Below are positions 1-9,915 of a stretch of DNA of 64,000 nucleotides, piece after piece. Under the pieces are notes generated by a model. The model was given only the letters and a program-made list of their open reading frames with translations, searched no databases and was not told where the DNA came from. The stretch comes from Alphaproteobacteria bacterium (GTDB lineage Bacteria > Pseudomonadota > Alphaproteobacteria > RF32 > CAG-239). Each line of letters begins with the position of its first letter. Within the stretch, counting starts at the first letter, position 1. The translations under genes and the position numbers were made by a program. The DNA lies in the NCBI GenBank assembly GCA_045639065.1, contig JAZUCK010000010.1, positions 3,794 to 67,793 on the forward strand, given 5' to 3'.

Positions 1-279
1 TTCTACTATACCAACATTGATTGTTGGCATGTAGTAATTTAAGTAATCTTGCTTACCATCAGCCATTTCTAAGTCCCCATAGTAGACTTTTTCAAGCATA
101 CTATGCTCCTCATTCCAACGGTATTTCTCGTAGACATATACTGTATCATAGAGATATATTGTATCACATACCTCTACATATGTTGTATCATATGTTATAT
201 TTTCAATACGAGAATTTGTCTGTGCTGAAATGGTGATGGCACTTACTACAGTAGCTAACGCTAATAAAATCTTTTTCAT
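1..279 (-). CDS. secreted protein, N-terminal part only (ORF runs off the left edge)
   Basis: ATG at 279-277 on the minus strand, open in frame to position 1. It is absent from the ORF track because there is no stop in the window. Translation MKKILLALATVVSAITISAQT... is a classic signal peptide. Confidence 0.5.
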   Translation of the reverse strand, partial: MKKILLALATVVSAITISAQTNSRIENITYDTTYVEVCDTIYLYDTVYVYEKYRWNEEHSMLEKVYYGDLEMADGKQDYLNYYMPTINVGIVE

Positions 280-510
280 AATGTTTTTATTTTTATTGTT
301 GTTTTTATTGTTGTTAATTAGTTCCAAAGATAAAAAATATTATTCTGTCACAAATTAACGCAAACATTAACAAAGCAAATGCAAAAAGCAAAAACTTATG
401 AAAACGAAATACATAATAAGGACAGAATAATATTTTATCATAAGTATATTATACCACTTTTTACGCTCTAGGTCAAGCGGTGTAACTTATTGAAATATAT
501 GAATAAAATA

Positions 511-560
511 AAAAAAATCTCGCAAATGCGAGATATACAAAACTTGATGCACCAAAGTTG
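511..560 (-). repeat. degenerate third copy of the terminator-hairpin + tRNA-Leu 3'-end module
   Basis: aaaaaaaatctcgcaaatgcgagatatacaaaacttgatgcaccaaagttg aligns with 1168-1222 (about 26 of 32 nt over the gatatacaaaa...ttg part). Confidence 0.5.
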
Positions 561-647
561 ACGGATTGTTGAACTCGATTGAAAGATGAAACAAAAGAGA
601 TAAATGAGTGGCAATAATTAAAATATAATAACTTGCGTAGATTACAA

Positions 648-683
648 TAAAAAACAGTCCTGAGTTTCAAACTCAGAACTGTT
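648..683 (-). terminator. rho-independent terminator of the 693-1091 ORF
   Basis: 12-bp stem acagtcctgagt / actcagaactgt with 1 mismatch, followed by a U-run on the minus strand. Confidence 0.6.
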
Positions 684-692
684 TTATACTAC

Positions 693-1091
693 TTAATCGT
701 TGTGTCTAACAGCTTCAAACCATCGTTCAACGATACATCGTCTATGCTCTAACAGATTTGGATATGAGATTTCAAAATAACCTCTTAAAGACCCTATATA
801 TGCAAAAAGTATTTGTTTTACACCTTTAGGGCAACTCGGTGAGTTATAATACTCTTCATAAAAAAGAATAGTGTTTACATATCCGTATGCATACAACAGC
901 AGTGTATCTTTGCTATCAGGAGGATATGGGGATTCAACTTTTGTATTAATCAAGTTATAAACCTTATCTTTTTTTATGATATTGTTTATATACTCAATAT
1001 CCTCTTCAGTAACTCTAATCTTAAAAATCATTGCCATATTTGCAAATGGAGGACCTAGACGATGCCATGTTTCTTTATCTAAAAAGTCCAT
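693..1091 (-). CDS. hypothetical protein (132 aa), no recognisable motif
   Basis: Long ORF with its own terminator. It sits between two att-like tRNA-Leu 3'-end repeats. Confidence 0.5.
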   Translation of the reverse strand: MDFLDKETWHRLGPPFANMAMIFKIRVTEEDIEYINNIIKKDKVYNLINTKVESPYPPDSKDTLLLYAYGYVNTILFYEEYYNSPSCPKGVKQILFAYIGSLRGYFEISYPNLLEHRRCIVERWFEAVRHND

Positions 1092-1167
1092 AATTATAAA
1101 ATTTTAAATTGTACATACTAATTAATTTTGTAGTTCATTACTTATCATATTTTCTCTATTTTGCAAC

Positions 1168-1218
1168 AAAAAATCCCCGCATTTTGCGAGGATATACAAA
1201 AATTGGTGCTCCGGAAAG
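1168..1218 (-). repeat. duplicate of tRNA-Leu 3' end (16 nt exact) plus copy of its terminator hairpin
   Basis: ttggtgctccggaaag at 1203-1218 is identical to 1426-1441. The hairpin ccccgcattttgcgagg at about 1175-1191 repeats 1401-1418. Confidence 0.75.
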
Positions 1219-1426
1219 AATTGCTAAGTAAAAACAAGCATTGCTCTGCTTGTTTTTGTCTGCAAAATCTTGGAAAACGTTGTTGAGTGAGGGAGATAAA
1301 ATCGAACCGAAACGAATACTACGTTCCCAAGTGATAGTCCTTTGCATAATTTTAAGGGATTTTGAAAAAATGACCTTAAATTATGCCGGAGCATAAAAAA
1401 CCCCGCATTTTGCGAGGGTTTTTAAT

Positions 1427-1513
1427 TGGTGCTCCGGAAAGGACTTGAACCTTCATGAAGAAACCTTCACAAGTACCTGAAACTTGCGCGTCTACCAATT
1501 CCGCCACCGGAGC
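1427..1513 (-). tRNA. tRNA-Leu (anticodon CAG), long variable arm, CCA encoded
   Basis: The reverse complement gctccggtggcggaattggtagacgcgcaagtttcaggtacttgtgaaggtttcttcatgaaggttcaagtcctttccggagcacca folds as a type II cloverleaf. The anticodon loop is ttCAGgt. Confidence 0.9.
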
Positions 1514-1519
1514 TTGTTT

Positions 1520-2341
1520 TTAGATATTTATACTTATAATTCCGTAAGAATCAAGTAATAAAATCGAGCCTAAGGCAATTCTATATAAAACAAACGGTAA
1601 AAATGTCGATTTTTTAAGCCACCACATTACTATATATATAGCAACTATTGATGAAACATAAGAGAATAAAACTCCGTCGAACATCCAACGCAATTCGTTT
1701 AAGCTACCTGCTTGCCACACTTCATATGTTGTTAAAACAGCTGCCCCGATTATAGCCGGAATCGACAGTAACATCGAAAACTTGGCTGCTTCACGTCTTT
1801 CCATGCCTAGAAAGCGAGCAAAAGTAACTGTAATTCCCGAGCGAGAAGTTCCCGGAACAAGAGCTAAGCATTGTGCGCAACCGATTACAATTGCGTCAAA
1901 GACTCCTATATGTTCAATTTTTCTGATTGTCATAGAAATTTTATCGGCAACAAACAAAAGCAAACCATAACCCAATATTGTCCAACCTATAAGTTTGGTG
2001 TTTCTTGCCCATTCCATTCCATAGTTTTTTAGAAAATATCCGACAATAACGGCCGGTATTGTACCGATAACCAACAACCAAAAAAGTTTTGCCCCTTGAT
2101 TTTTAAATGTTGGTATAAAATAGGTCTTAAAAACACCTTTTACCATATCGTATATTGTTTCGGAAAAATATATCATCACTGCCAAAATTGAGCCTACATG
2201 AACAGCGACATCCAAGGCTAATCCTTGGTCAGGAAAATAGCTGAATTTTGACAACAATATAAGGTGTCCCGAAGAGCTTACAGGTAAAAATTCGGTAATA
2301 CCTTGAAGAAGAGATAGATAAAAAATTTGAATTGTACTCAT
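1520..2341 (-). CDS. uppP: undecaprenyl-diphosphate phosphatase
   Basis: N-terminal EFLPVSSSGHL signature, polytopic membrane protein, 273 aa. Confidence 0.9.
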   Translation of the reverse strand: MSTIQIFYLSLLQGITEFLPVSSSGHLILLSKFSYFPDQGLALDVAVHVGSILAVMIYFSETIYDMVKGVFKTYFIPTFKNQGAKLFWLLVIGTIPAVIVGYFLKNYGMEWARNTKLIGWTILGYGLLLFVADKISMTIRKIEHIGVFDAIVIGCAQCLALVPGTSRSGITVTFARFLGMERREAAKFSMLLSIPAIIGAAVLTTYEVWQAGSLNELRWMFDGVLFSYVSSIVAIYIVMWWLKKSTFLPFVLYRIALGSILLLDSYGIISINI

Positions 2342-2763
2342 GATTTATTTTCTTTAATTCCAAAAGCTGTACACAGGCGTTTTTTTAAGGCCAAAGGTGA
2401 AATCGGTTTTACTAAATATTCATGTATACCTATAGATTTTGCTTCCATTACGGTATTTTCTTTAGTATCGATAGTTACCATAATCACCGGCAAGTCTTTA
2501 TTGTCACCTATTGTTCCTTCTTTTATTTGGCGCGCAAGTGCCAATCCGCTTTGTTCCGGTAATTGTTGATCCATTAAAACAACATTTACTTTATAGTTAC
2601 GCAGTACTTCTATTGCCTCAGCTATATTTGAAGCTTCTTTGGTATTTTTCACTCCAATTTGATACAGGGCTGTTTTCACAAAAGTGCGTGAAAATTTATC
2701 ATCATCAACAACTAAACAAGTAATTGCATCCCAGTTGATTTGTTTGCTATTAGTTTCATTCAT
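2338..2763 (-). CDS. single-domain CheY-like response regulator
   Basis: VVDDD...VLMDQQLP...LVKP receiver-domain pattern. There is a 4-nt ATGA overlap with uppP. Confidence 0.8.
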   Translation of the reverse strand: MNETNSKQINWDAITCLVVDDDKFSRTFVKTALYQIGVKNTKEASNIAEAIEVLRNYKVNVVLMDQQLPEQSGLALARQIKEGTIGDNKDLPVIMVTIDTKENTVMEAKSIGIHEYLVKPISPLALKKRLCTAFGIKENKS

Positions 2764-2814
2764 GTTGACCTCTCTTGTTTTAAGTTGTTATATCATCATT
2801 TTATTAACAATTAT

Positions 2815-3642
2815 TTACAATTTTAAACATTTTAGCTGATTTTTTTCCATATCAACCAAGGACTGAGGATTAAACCTTACGTTTCTTAATGAGGCTCCCC
2901 AATGCAAGTGAGGTCCTGTGGCGCGACCGGTCATTCCAACTGTTCCGATAACATCTCCTTGTGATACTTTTTGACCAACTTTTACGCTCATATCTTTCAT
3001 ATGAGCATATATAGTTTGAAGCCCAAATCCATGGTCAATAACAACGACATTTCCCGAATAAAACAAATCGGGATATGCCAAAACAACCTCGCCATCGGCC
3101 GAAGCCTTTATAGGTGTTCCTTCTTTGGCTGCTATATCCATACCTTGATGCGGGTTTTTAGGAACTTTATTCATTATGCGTTGACCACCGAATTTGCCGG
3201 AAATACGACCCTCGATAGGCATAATAAAACCCGAAAGCCATGCTGTGTTATCGTTTATACCTTTGAGCGAAGCTCGAACCACCTTGCGCTCAAGTTCAAT
3301 AGCTGCCAAATCGGAATCTGACGGAGTAACTTTTCTTGGCGGGACGCCTTTAATGTTTTGGATATCCCATTTAGTTTTTCTCACATCAAAAGAATAGTTA
3401 AAATCCTCGTTTGTTGTAATAGTCAATTTTTGAGTATTTTTTTCATCTCGTCCGAATGCAAGCAAAAAATAGCCGTCTTTACTTAATAAAACATCGTCGC
3501 CGTTAAGACTTATTTTATTAGCATCTTTGGCTTTACCGATAACAAATTCGCCTTGTCTGATTTCACCGCAAAGCTCAAAAGCTTGTGCATTAACGGTCAC
3601 AAGAAACGCACTAAATATCGAAAAGAGAAATTTGTTTTTCAT
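2815..3642 (-). CDS. M23 family (LytM-type) metallopeptidase, secreted
   Basis: Signal peptide MKNKFLFSIFSAFLVTVNAQA. HQGMDI and GPHLHW motifs of peptidase M23. Confidence 0.85.
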   Translation of the reverse strand: MKNKFLFSIFSAFLVTVNAQAFELCGEIRQGEFVIGKAKDANKISLNGDDVLLSKDGYFLLAFGRDEKNTQKLTITTNEDFNYSFDVRKTKWDIQNIKGVPPRKVTPSDSDLAAIELERKVVRASLKGINDNTAWLSGFIMPIEGRISGKFGGQRIMNKVPKNPHQGMDIAAKEGTPIKASADGEVVLAYPDLFYSGNVVVIDHGFGLQTIYAHMKDMSVKVGQKVSQGDVIGTVGMTGRATGPHLHWGASLRNVRFNPQSLVDMEKNQLKCLKL

Positions 3643-5002
3643 TATTTGGTTTTTCCTTTTTTGCTGGTTTTGGTTCTTTTTTTACAGGCGTTGTAATTTG
3701 TTTTTCGCCGGTGTATACGTCAACACTGCCATCGGCAAATTTAATTTCCAATCGGCTATCTTTTGGGGTGTCTTTAGCTAAATATACTGTTTTACCTGAA
3801 TCATTTTTTACCCAAGCAAAACCACGATTTAAGACAGAATCAACAGAAACAGATGACAAGCGCAATGCCAAATTGTTTAGCGCCTCTTTGTTTTTTTCAA
3901 TAATGGTTTGGATATAAAAAGGCTTAACTTTACAAAGTTCAATCTGATTGGATTTGTTTTGAATAAAGTTTTTGAAAGACATCTGCAGTCTTTCTATTCT
4001 GTCATCAAATTTTTGCGTAGCTTCTTGCAGAATCTGCTCCAAATTCGGAATACCTCGAGCAAGACCGGATAATATATTATTAAGCTCATTAAAATATCTG
4101 ATTTTAGAATTTTTCAAACGAGCCTCTAAGTTGTTTAAGTTTGCTTGCAACTCAGCTTTTACCGGAACGGCAAATTCGGCTGCACCGGTCGGAGTGGGAG
4201 CTCTTTTATCTGCGACATAATCTATCAACATAGTGTCAGTTTCGTGTCCGACTGCCGAAATAATCGGAATTTGACTGGCAAAAACTGCTCTGATAACGCA
4301 CTCTTCATTAAACGGCCACAAATCTTCCAAGCTTCCGCCACCGCGCGCCACAATCAAAACATCCGGCTTATCATAATTTGATATTTCATCAATACGGTTA
4401 AAATCTTTAATCGCTTGAGCAATTTTTTCGGCAGCACCCTCGCCTTGTACCGGAGTAGGAATAAGCAAAATATGAGAAGGAAATCTGTCTCTTACTCTAT
4501 GGATAATATCTCGGATTACCGCACCGGAAGCCGAAGTTACCACGCCAATAGTTTTGGGTAAAAACGGAATCGGTTTTTTATGAATAGCGTCGAACAGGCC
4601 TTCTTTAGCGAATGCTTGTTTGCGTTCTTCCAATAATTTTAATAAAGCGCCTGTTCCGGCAACTTCCATTGATTCGATAACCATTTGATATGATGATTTA
4701 CCGGCAAAAGTGGTAATTTTTCCGGTTGCTACGACCTCGAGCCCGTCTTCGGGTTTTATGGCTAGATTGGAAGCAACGCCACGCCAAACAACTGCCGAAA
4801 GTGTGGCATTTTCATCTTTTAGCGACAAATACCAATGTCCTGAATCGGCTCGCTTGGCACCAAAAATTTCGCCTTTCACCCTAACACGTGCAAAAGCTGT
4901 TTCGACAAATCGTTTTATTTCAAACGAAATCTCGCTGACACTAAATTCGGGTATATCTTGAGCCTTTGAGCTTTGGGTAAATAAATCTTCCATTTTTAAC
5001 AA
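3611..5002 (-). CDS. xseA: exodeoxyribonuclease VII large subunit
   Basis: N-terminal OB-fold pattern (VKGEI...HWYLSLKD) and full-length XseA-like architecture. A Lys-rich C-terminal tail overlaps the M23 start by 32 nt. Confidence 0.88.
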   Translation of the reverse strand: MLKMEDLFTQSSKAQDIPEFSVSEISFEIKRFVETAFARVRVKGEIFGAKRADSGHWYLSLKDENATLSAVVWRGVASNLAIKPEDGLEVVATGKITTFAGKSSYQMVIESMEVAGTGALLKLLEERKQAFAKEGLFDAIHKKPIPFLPKTIGVVTSASGAVIRDIIHRVRDRFPSHILLIPTPVQGEGAAEKIAQAIKDFNRIDEISNYDKPDVLIVARGGGSLEDLWPFNEECVIRAVFASQIPIISAVGHETDTMLIDYVADKRAPTPTGAAEFAVPVKAELQANLNNLEARLKNSKIRYFNELNNILSGLARGIPNLEQILQEATQKFDDRIERLQMSFKNFIQNKSNQIELCKVKPFYIQTIIEKNKEALNNLALRLSSVSVDSVLNRGFAWVKNDSGKTVYLAKDTPKDSRLEIKFADGSVDVYTGEKQITTPVKKEPKPAKKEKPNNEKQISLFDI

Positions 5003-5086
5003 TTCTTTTTATTGGCTTCTTTTTATTAACTTTAAGCAAAGCAAAGCCAAAAGTTAAGCAAAAAATCTAATCTATGCAAAGGTAAT

Positions 5087-5118
5087 AAAAAGCCCTCGAT
5101 TTTTTTCGAGGGCTTTTT
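5087..5118. terminator. bidirectional hairpin terminator downstream of alaS
   Basis: agccctcga / tcgagggct 9-bp stem flanked by A- and T-runs. Confidence 0.7.
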
Positions 5119-5119
5119 A

Positions 5120-7738
5120 TTAAAGTGAGTTTCTGATTTCGGCAATTGCTTCGTCAAAACGAGAGCAATCAGTTCCGCCGGTCTGAGCCATATCGGGACG
5201 ACCACCGCCACCTTGAGCTCCGACATAGGAAGCAACCTTTTTAACCAAATCGACGGCAGAAACCTTGTCTTTGACATCATCACTTACGCCGATAACGACT
5301 GAGGCTTTGCCTTCGTTTGATGCAAACAAGGCAATAACAACATTGTCTTTATATTTGTCTTTCATGTCGTCGATAATGGCTTTCAGTTCTTTGGCTTGAA
5401 TATCAGAAAGCTTTTTAGCGACAAACTTAACGCCGTTTACTTCTTCTATTTCGTCTTTAGCTGAAGCACCTCCGCTGACGAGTTGCTTTTTCAACTCAAA
5501 AATTTTGGCTTCCATTTCTTTGCGTTCAGCCAATAAATTAGCCAAACGCTCTTCAATATCATTTACGCCCACTTTCAAAAGTTGGCTGATATTGTGAACT
5601 TTGTTTTCCAAATCTCTAGTATGCGAAACAGCGCCACAACCGGTTACACATTCCAAACGACGCACGCCGGCAGCAATAGCAGAATCGGACAAAATAGAAA
5701 AGCTTCCGATATTGCCGGTATTTTTAACATGGGTACCACCGCAAAGCTCTACCGAAACACCGTCGCCGACGCAAACAACACGAACTTCGTCACCATATTT
5801 TTCGCCAAACAAAGCCATAGCACCGGAGTTGACAGCATCTTCCTGCGACATAATTTTGGTTTGGACATCATAGCTTGAAGCAATCATTTCATTAACTCTG
5901 TCTTCAAGCTGACGCAATTCGTCCGAAGAAATTTGCTTATTGTAAGCAATATCAAAACGCATTCTTTCGGGAGCTACAAACGAACCTTTTTGAGTAACCG
6001 AAGCGCCGTATTTTTCTTGCAAAGCCTTGTGCAACAAGTGAGTTACGGTGTGGTTGCGTTGAATAGCATCACGATTTTTGGCATTGACCTCAAAAGTTGC
6101 CGAAGTGTCGACTTTGATAACACCTTTTATCATACGACACATATGAACATGAAGTCCTTCGCATTTCTTTTTAGTATCATAAACCTCAACCTCAAAATCA
6201 GCACCTTTAATAATACCGATATCGCCGACTTGTCCGCCCATTTCGGCATAAAAAGGTGTTTGATTGGCAAGTAATGAAAATTCGCCGTCTTTGACTTCGT
6301 TGACCAAAGCTCCGTCTTTAACCAAGGCAATAATTTGACCGTCTGCTGACAAGGTAGAGTAACCCAAAAATTCGCTTGAACCGTGTTTGTCTTGCATTTC
6401 GAACCAAACTTTTTCAGTTCCGGCATCGCCCGAACCTGCCCAGTTTTTGCGGGCTTCGGCTTTTTGAGCTTCCATAGCTTCATTAAAGGCTTTCTCATCA
6501 ACACTGATGTTGCGTAATTTTAAGGCATCTTGGGTTAAATCAAGCGGAAATCCGTAGGTGTCATAAAGTTTGAAGGCAACTTTGCCGTCCAAACAATCGC
6601 CTTCACTCATATCTTTGGTTTCGTCATCAAGCAATTTTAAGCCTTTTTCCATTGTTTTGATAAAACGTTCTTCTTCGGTTTTGATTGTTTCGGAAATAAG
6701 AGTTTCGGCTTTTATCAACTCAGGATAAGCCTCACCCATTTCTTTTTGTAAAGAAGGCAACAATTTATAAATCATCGGTTCATTTACACCAAGCATATGA
6801 ACATGGCGCATTGCACGACGCATAATACGGCGCAATACATATCCTCTGCCCTCGTTTGACGGCAAAACACCGTCGGCAATCAAAAATGACATTGAGCGCA
6901 AGTGGTCGGCAATCACATTATGCGAAGAAGCAAACTCGCCTTTAGGATCAGAATTGGCCATATCAGCGATTGATTTGATAAGATTTTGGAACAAATCAAT
7001 TTCATAGTTAGAGTGAACGCCTTGCAAAATTGCCGAAATACGTTCCAAGCCCATACCAGTATCAATACAACGTTGTTTTAGGTTAATACGTGTTCCGTCA
7101 GGCAAATCTTCAAATTCATCAAAAACTAAGTTCCAAATTTCTATCCAACGATCGCCATCTTCTTCCGGTGTTCCGGGTAATCCGCCCCAAACATCAGGAC
7201 CATGATCATAGAAAATTTCTGAACAATAACCGCAAGGACCGGTATCGCCCATTTGCCAAAAGTTGTCTTTGGTAGCAATAGGTATAATTCTGTCTGACGG
7301 CAAACCCGATACTTTTTTCCAAATATCACGAGAAACTTCGTCAGTATGAAAATAAGTTACAGCTAACTTGTCTTTAGCAATACCGAACTCTTTGGTAACC
7401 AATTCCCAAGCATAAGCAATAGCTTCGTCCTTAAAATAGTCGCCAAAAGAAAAGTTACCCAACATTTCGAAAAATGTATGGTGACGAACGTCATAACCTA
7501 CGGCATCCAAATCATTGTGTTTTCCGCCGGCTCGAACAGATTTTTGGGATGTCGCCGCGCGTTTGTATGCGGCTGTTTCATTGCCGGTAAACACATTTTT
7601 GAATTGAACCATACCAGAGTTGGTAAACATTAAAGTCGGATCATTATTCGGCACTAAAGATGATGAGGGCAGAATCTTATGTCCGTTCTTTTCAAAATAC
7701 TTTAAAAAAGTGCTTCTAATTTCATTTACTGTAGTCAT
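5120..7738 (-). CDS. alaS: alanine--tRNA ligase
   Basis: 872 aa. Class II AlaRS N-terminus (FLKYFEKNGH..., FTNSGM), an editing domain with an HTVTHLLH motif, and a C-terminal DHHA1-like region. Confidence 0.97.
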   Translation of the reverse strand: MTTVNEIRSTFLKYFEKNGHKILPSSSLVPNNDPTLMFTNSGMVQFKNVFTGNETAAYKRAATSQKSVRAGGKHNDLDAVGYDVRHHTFFEMLGNFSFGDYFKDEAIAYAWELVTKEFGIAKDKLAVTYFHTDEVSRDIWKKVSGLPSDRIIPIATKDNFWQMGDTGPCGYCSEIFYDHGPDVWGGLPGTPEEDGDRWIEIWNLVFDEFEDLPDGTRINLKQRCIDTGMGLERISAILQGVHSNYEIDLFQNLIKSIADMANSDPKGEFASSHNVIADHLRSMSFLIADGVLPSNEGRGYVLRRIMRRAMRHVHMLGVNEPMIYKLLPSLQKEMGEAYPELIKAETLISETIKTEEERFIKTMEKGLKLLDDETKDMSEGDCLDGKVAFKLYDTYGFPLDLTQDALKLRNISVDEKAFNEAMEAQKAEARKNWAGSGDAGTEKVWFEMQDKHGSSEFLGYSTLSADGQIIALVKDGALVNEVKDGEFSLLANQTPFYAEMGGQVGDIGIIKGADFEVEVYDTKKKCEGLHVHMCRMIKGVIKVDTSATFEVNAKNRDAIQRNHTVTHLLHKALQEKYGASVTQKGSFVAPERMRFDIAYNKQISSDELRQLEDRVNEMIASSYDVQTKIMSQEDAVNSGAMALFGEKYGDEVRVVCVGDGVSVELCGGTHVKNTGNIGSFSILSDSAIAAGVRRLECVTGCGAVSHTRDLENKVHNISQLLKVGVNDIEERLANLLAERKEMEAKIFELKKQLVSGGASAKDEIEEVNGVKFVAKKLSDIQAKELKAIIDDMKDKYKDNVVIALFASNEGKASVVIGVSDDVKDKVSAVDLVKKVASYVGAQGGGGRPDMAQTGGTDCSRFDEAIAEIRNSL

Positions 7739-7820
7739 TTTTACTTCCCAAAAATCAAAATAAACATTAACTTCTCATTGATAATGCAAAATTTTGACCT
7801 TGGCAAGTGTTTTTAAACAC

Positions 7821-8306
7821 CTAAAGTACCATTACCAAACCGAAATTATATACAAAATTAAAGTTCATAAATGTAGCAAACAACAACCACCAATAATAAG
7901 GATACAGCATATACGAAGCTGTTTTATTTATTTTGGAATATATACCTATCATCTTGAATACGGCTATATCAAGCAAAAGTATTATAGCAAAACCCAAACC
8001 TAAGTGTCCTTCGGCAAAAAAGGTAAAACACCATAATATCTGTAAGAACAGTTGAAGTATGAAATAATTATTGGCTTTTTTGCGATTGTAAGAATCGGCA
8101 TCTTTTAGAGCTATAAATGTCGATATTATAATCAGCACATACAAAATTGCCCATGCAATCGGAAAAACTTTGTTAGGAGGTGTAAGAAAAGGCTTTTCAA
8201 TATTATCATACCATTGACTTATACCATTATTCGTAAATACCGAGCATATATATGCCGTTAACATTACGGCAAAAAACACATAAAAAAATTTAATTCCTTG
8301 TTTCAT
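7821..8306 (-). CDS. tspO: TspO/MBR tryptophan-rich sensory protein
   Basis: Five-TM protein of 161 aa with the WY..L.KP...PP..VFP.AW..LY pattern. Confidence 0.8.
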   Translation of the reverse strand: MKQGIKFFYVFFAVMLTAYICSVFTNNGISQWYDNIEKPFLTPPNKVFPIAWAILYVLIIISTFIALKDADSYNRKKANNYFILQLFLQILWCFTFFAEGHLGLGFAIILLLDIAVFKMIGIYSKINKTASYMLYPYYWWLLFATFMNFNFVYNFGLVMVL

Positions 8307-8385
8307 TGCGTTTATTCCTTGAAATGTTAAATCTTTTCATATAATTTAGGTGTTAATTGATTTTTTTAAATAGGGGCAAAGATAA

Positions 8386-9081
8386 TTGGAATATAAATAT
8401 AAACTGCTAAAAGCCAATGTGGAAGAAGTTTGCAACAACCTTATTGTTGATGCAAGGCTTGAGGACGGTCAAAAAGTTACGGCTTTTTGTGGTGCTCCAA
8501 ATATTGCCGAACAGTGCAAAGAAGGTACTGTCATTTGGTTGAAAAGAACATCTAATCCTACAAGATTGGTAAAATATAACGTCGCTTTTATTGAAACTGA
8601 CGGAACATTGGTGTTTGCTAATCCGAAATATGATAAGCAGCTCTTTTTAGAGGCTTTTGAAAATGATATTTTGGAAGAGTTTGAAAAATATGATGAGTGT
8701 ACTTCATTAGAAAATGAAGATGAGGCTCGCGGAATCGATTTTGTTTTATCAAATGCAAACGGCGAAAAATGTCTTGTCTATGCTACATCAATTTATTCAA
8801 AACGCGGATCATATGCTGTTTTTCCGCATAATATCAATTTCTATGAAATGAAAGTTTTTGAAGAAATGATGAAACGAAAAAAACAAGGATATGAAACCTA
8901 CGTTTTTTTAATTTCGCCCAGAGAAGATTGCATGGACGCCAAATTTGTATGGGATATAAGCACTTTGGCTTCCGGTGCAGTATATAATGCAGCTCAAAAT
9001 GGTGTAAATTTTATTTGTTACAGCTGTAATGTTGATAAAGAATGTATAGAAATAGATCATAAATTGGATATTTTATATTAA
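8386..9081 (+). CDS. sfsA: SfsA-like (sugar fermentation stimulation protein family) nuclease-fold protein
   Basis: Length and order of segments resemble SfsA (N-terminal OB-like part, IDFVL, YVFLI core). It is divergent, and a TTG start is assumed. Confidence 0.55.
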   Translation: MEYKYKLLKANVEEVCNNLIVDARLEDGQKVTAFCGAPNIAEQCKEGTVIWLKRTSNPTRLVKYNVAFIETDGTLVFANPKYDKQLFLEAFENDILEEFEKYDECTSLENEDEARGIDFVLSNANGEKCLVYATSIYSKRGSYAVFPHNINFYEMKVFEEMMKRKKQGYETYVFLISPREDCMDAKFVWDISTLASGAVYNAAQNGVNFICYSCNVDKECIEIDHKLDILY

Positions 9082-9100
9082 AAAAATTAAAGGATATATC

Positions 9101-9904
9101 ATGGCTAAAAAAAATAAAGACGGTATTACAATATACAACTCAAGCGACTTTGACGGAATGAGAAAAGCCGGAAAATTGGCAGCCGAATGCTTGGATTATA
9201 TTACCGATTTTGTTGATGTCGGCGTTACAACCGAATATTTGGACGATCTGTGTCGTAAGTTTATTTTAGAACACGGTGCTATACCGGCTTGTTTAGGATA
9301 TAGAGGATATCCGAAATCAACTTGTATTTCAATCAATCATGAAATTTGCCATGGCATACCTTCTCCGGAAAGAAAGCTCTTAAACGGCGATATGTTAAAT
9401 ATCGATGTTACAGTTATTGTTGATGGTTGGTATGGTGATACTTCGAGGATGTATTATGCAGGAAAACCATCGGTTAAAGCAAAAAGATTGTGCGATGTTA
9501 CTTATGAATGTCTAATGCGAGGAATCGACGCAGTAAAGCCTGGGGCTTATTTTGGAGATATCGGAGCCGCCATTGAAGAATTTGCTTATCATTATGGCTA
9601 TTCTATTGTCGATATGTTTTGCGGTCATGGCCTAGGCAAAGTTTTTCATGATGAACCAAATGTTATGCATTGTGGCAGAAAAGGCAGTGGTCCGCGCATT
9701 GAAGAAGGAATGTTTTTTACCATTGAACCGATGATTAACTTCGGTAAAAAAGACGCCACCATATTAGCAAATGATTGGACCGCAGTAACCAAAGACCGCT
9801 CTTTATCGGCTCAGTTTGAACACTCTCTCGGCGTAACCAAAGACGGTGCCGAAGTATTTACATTTTCACCCAAGGGCTTAAATCAACCTCCTTATAAAAA
9901 ATAA
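9101..9904 (+). CDS. map: type I methionine aminopeptidase
   Basis: Pita-bread fold metal-ligand pattern (DIDVTV..DGWYGD, GHGLG, FTIEP, EHS). Confidence 0.95.
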   Translation: MAKKNKDGITIYNSSDFDGMRKAGKLAAECLDYITDFVDVGVTTEYLDDLCRKFILEHGAIPACLGYRGYPKSTCISINHEICHGIPSPERKLLNGDMLNIDVTVIVDGWYGDTSRMYYAGKPSVKAKRLCDVTYECLMRGIDAVKPGAYFGDIGAAIEEFAYHYGYSIVDMFCGHGLGKVFHDEPNVMHCGRKGSGPRIEEGMFFTIEPMINFGKKDATILANDWTAVTKDRSLSAQFEHSLGVTKDGAEVFTFSPKGLNQPPYKK

Positions 9905-9915
9905 GGTATTTGATT

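Noticed and set aside
473-670. 65-aa ORF and the 21-236 + strand ORF at the left end.
   Set aside because: The first covers the degenerate att-like repeat and a terminator. The second is antisense to the signal-peptide ORF that runs off the window edge.
1156-1347. 63-aa ORF between the 693-1091 gene and tRNA-Leu.
   Set aside because: It spans the duplicated tRNA-Leu 3' fragment and terminator copy. It has no SD and is most likely non-coding scar sequence.
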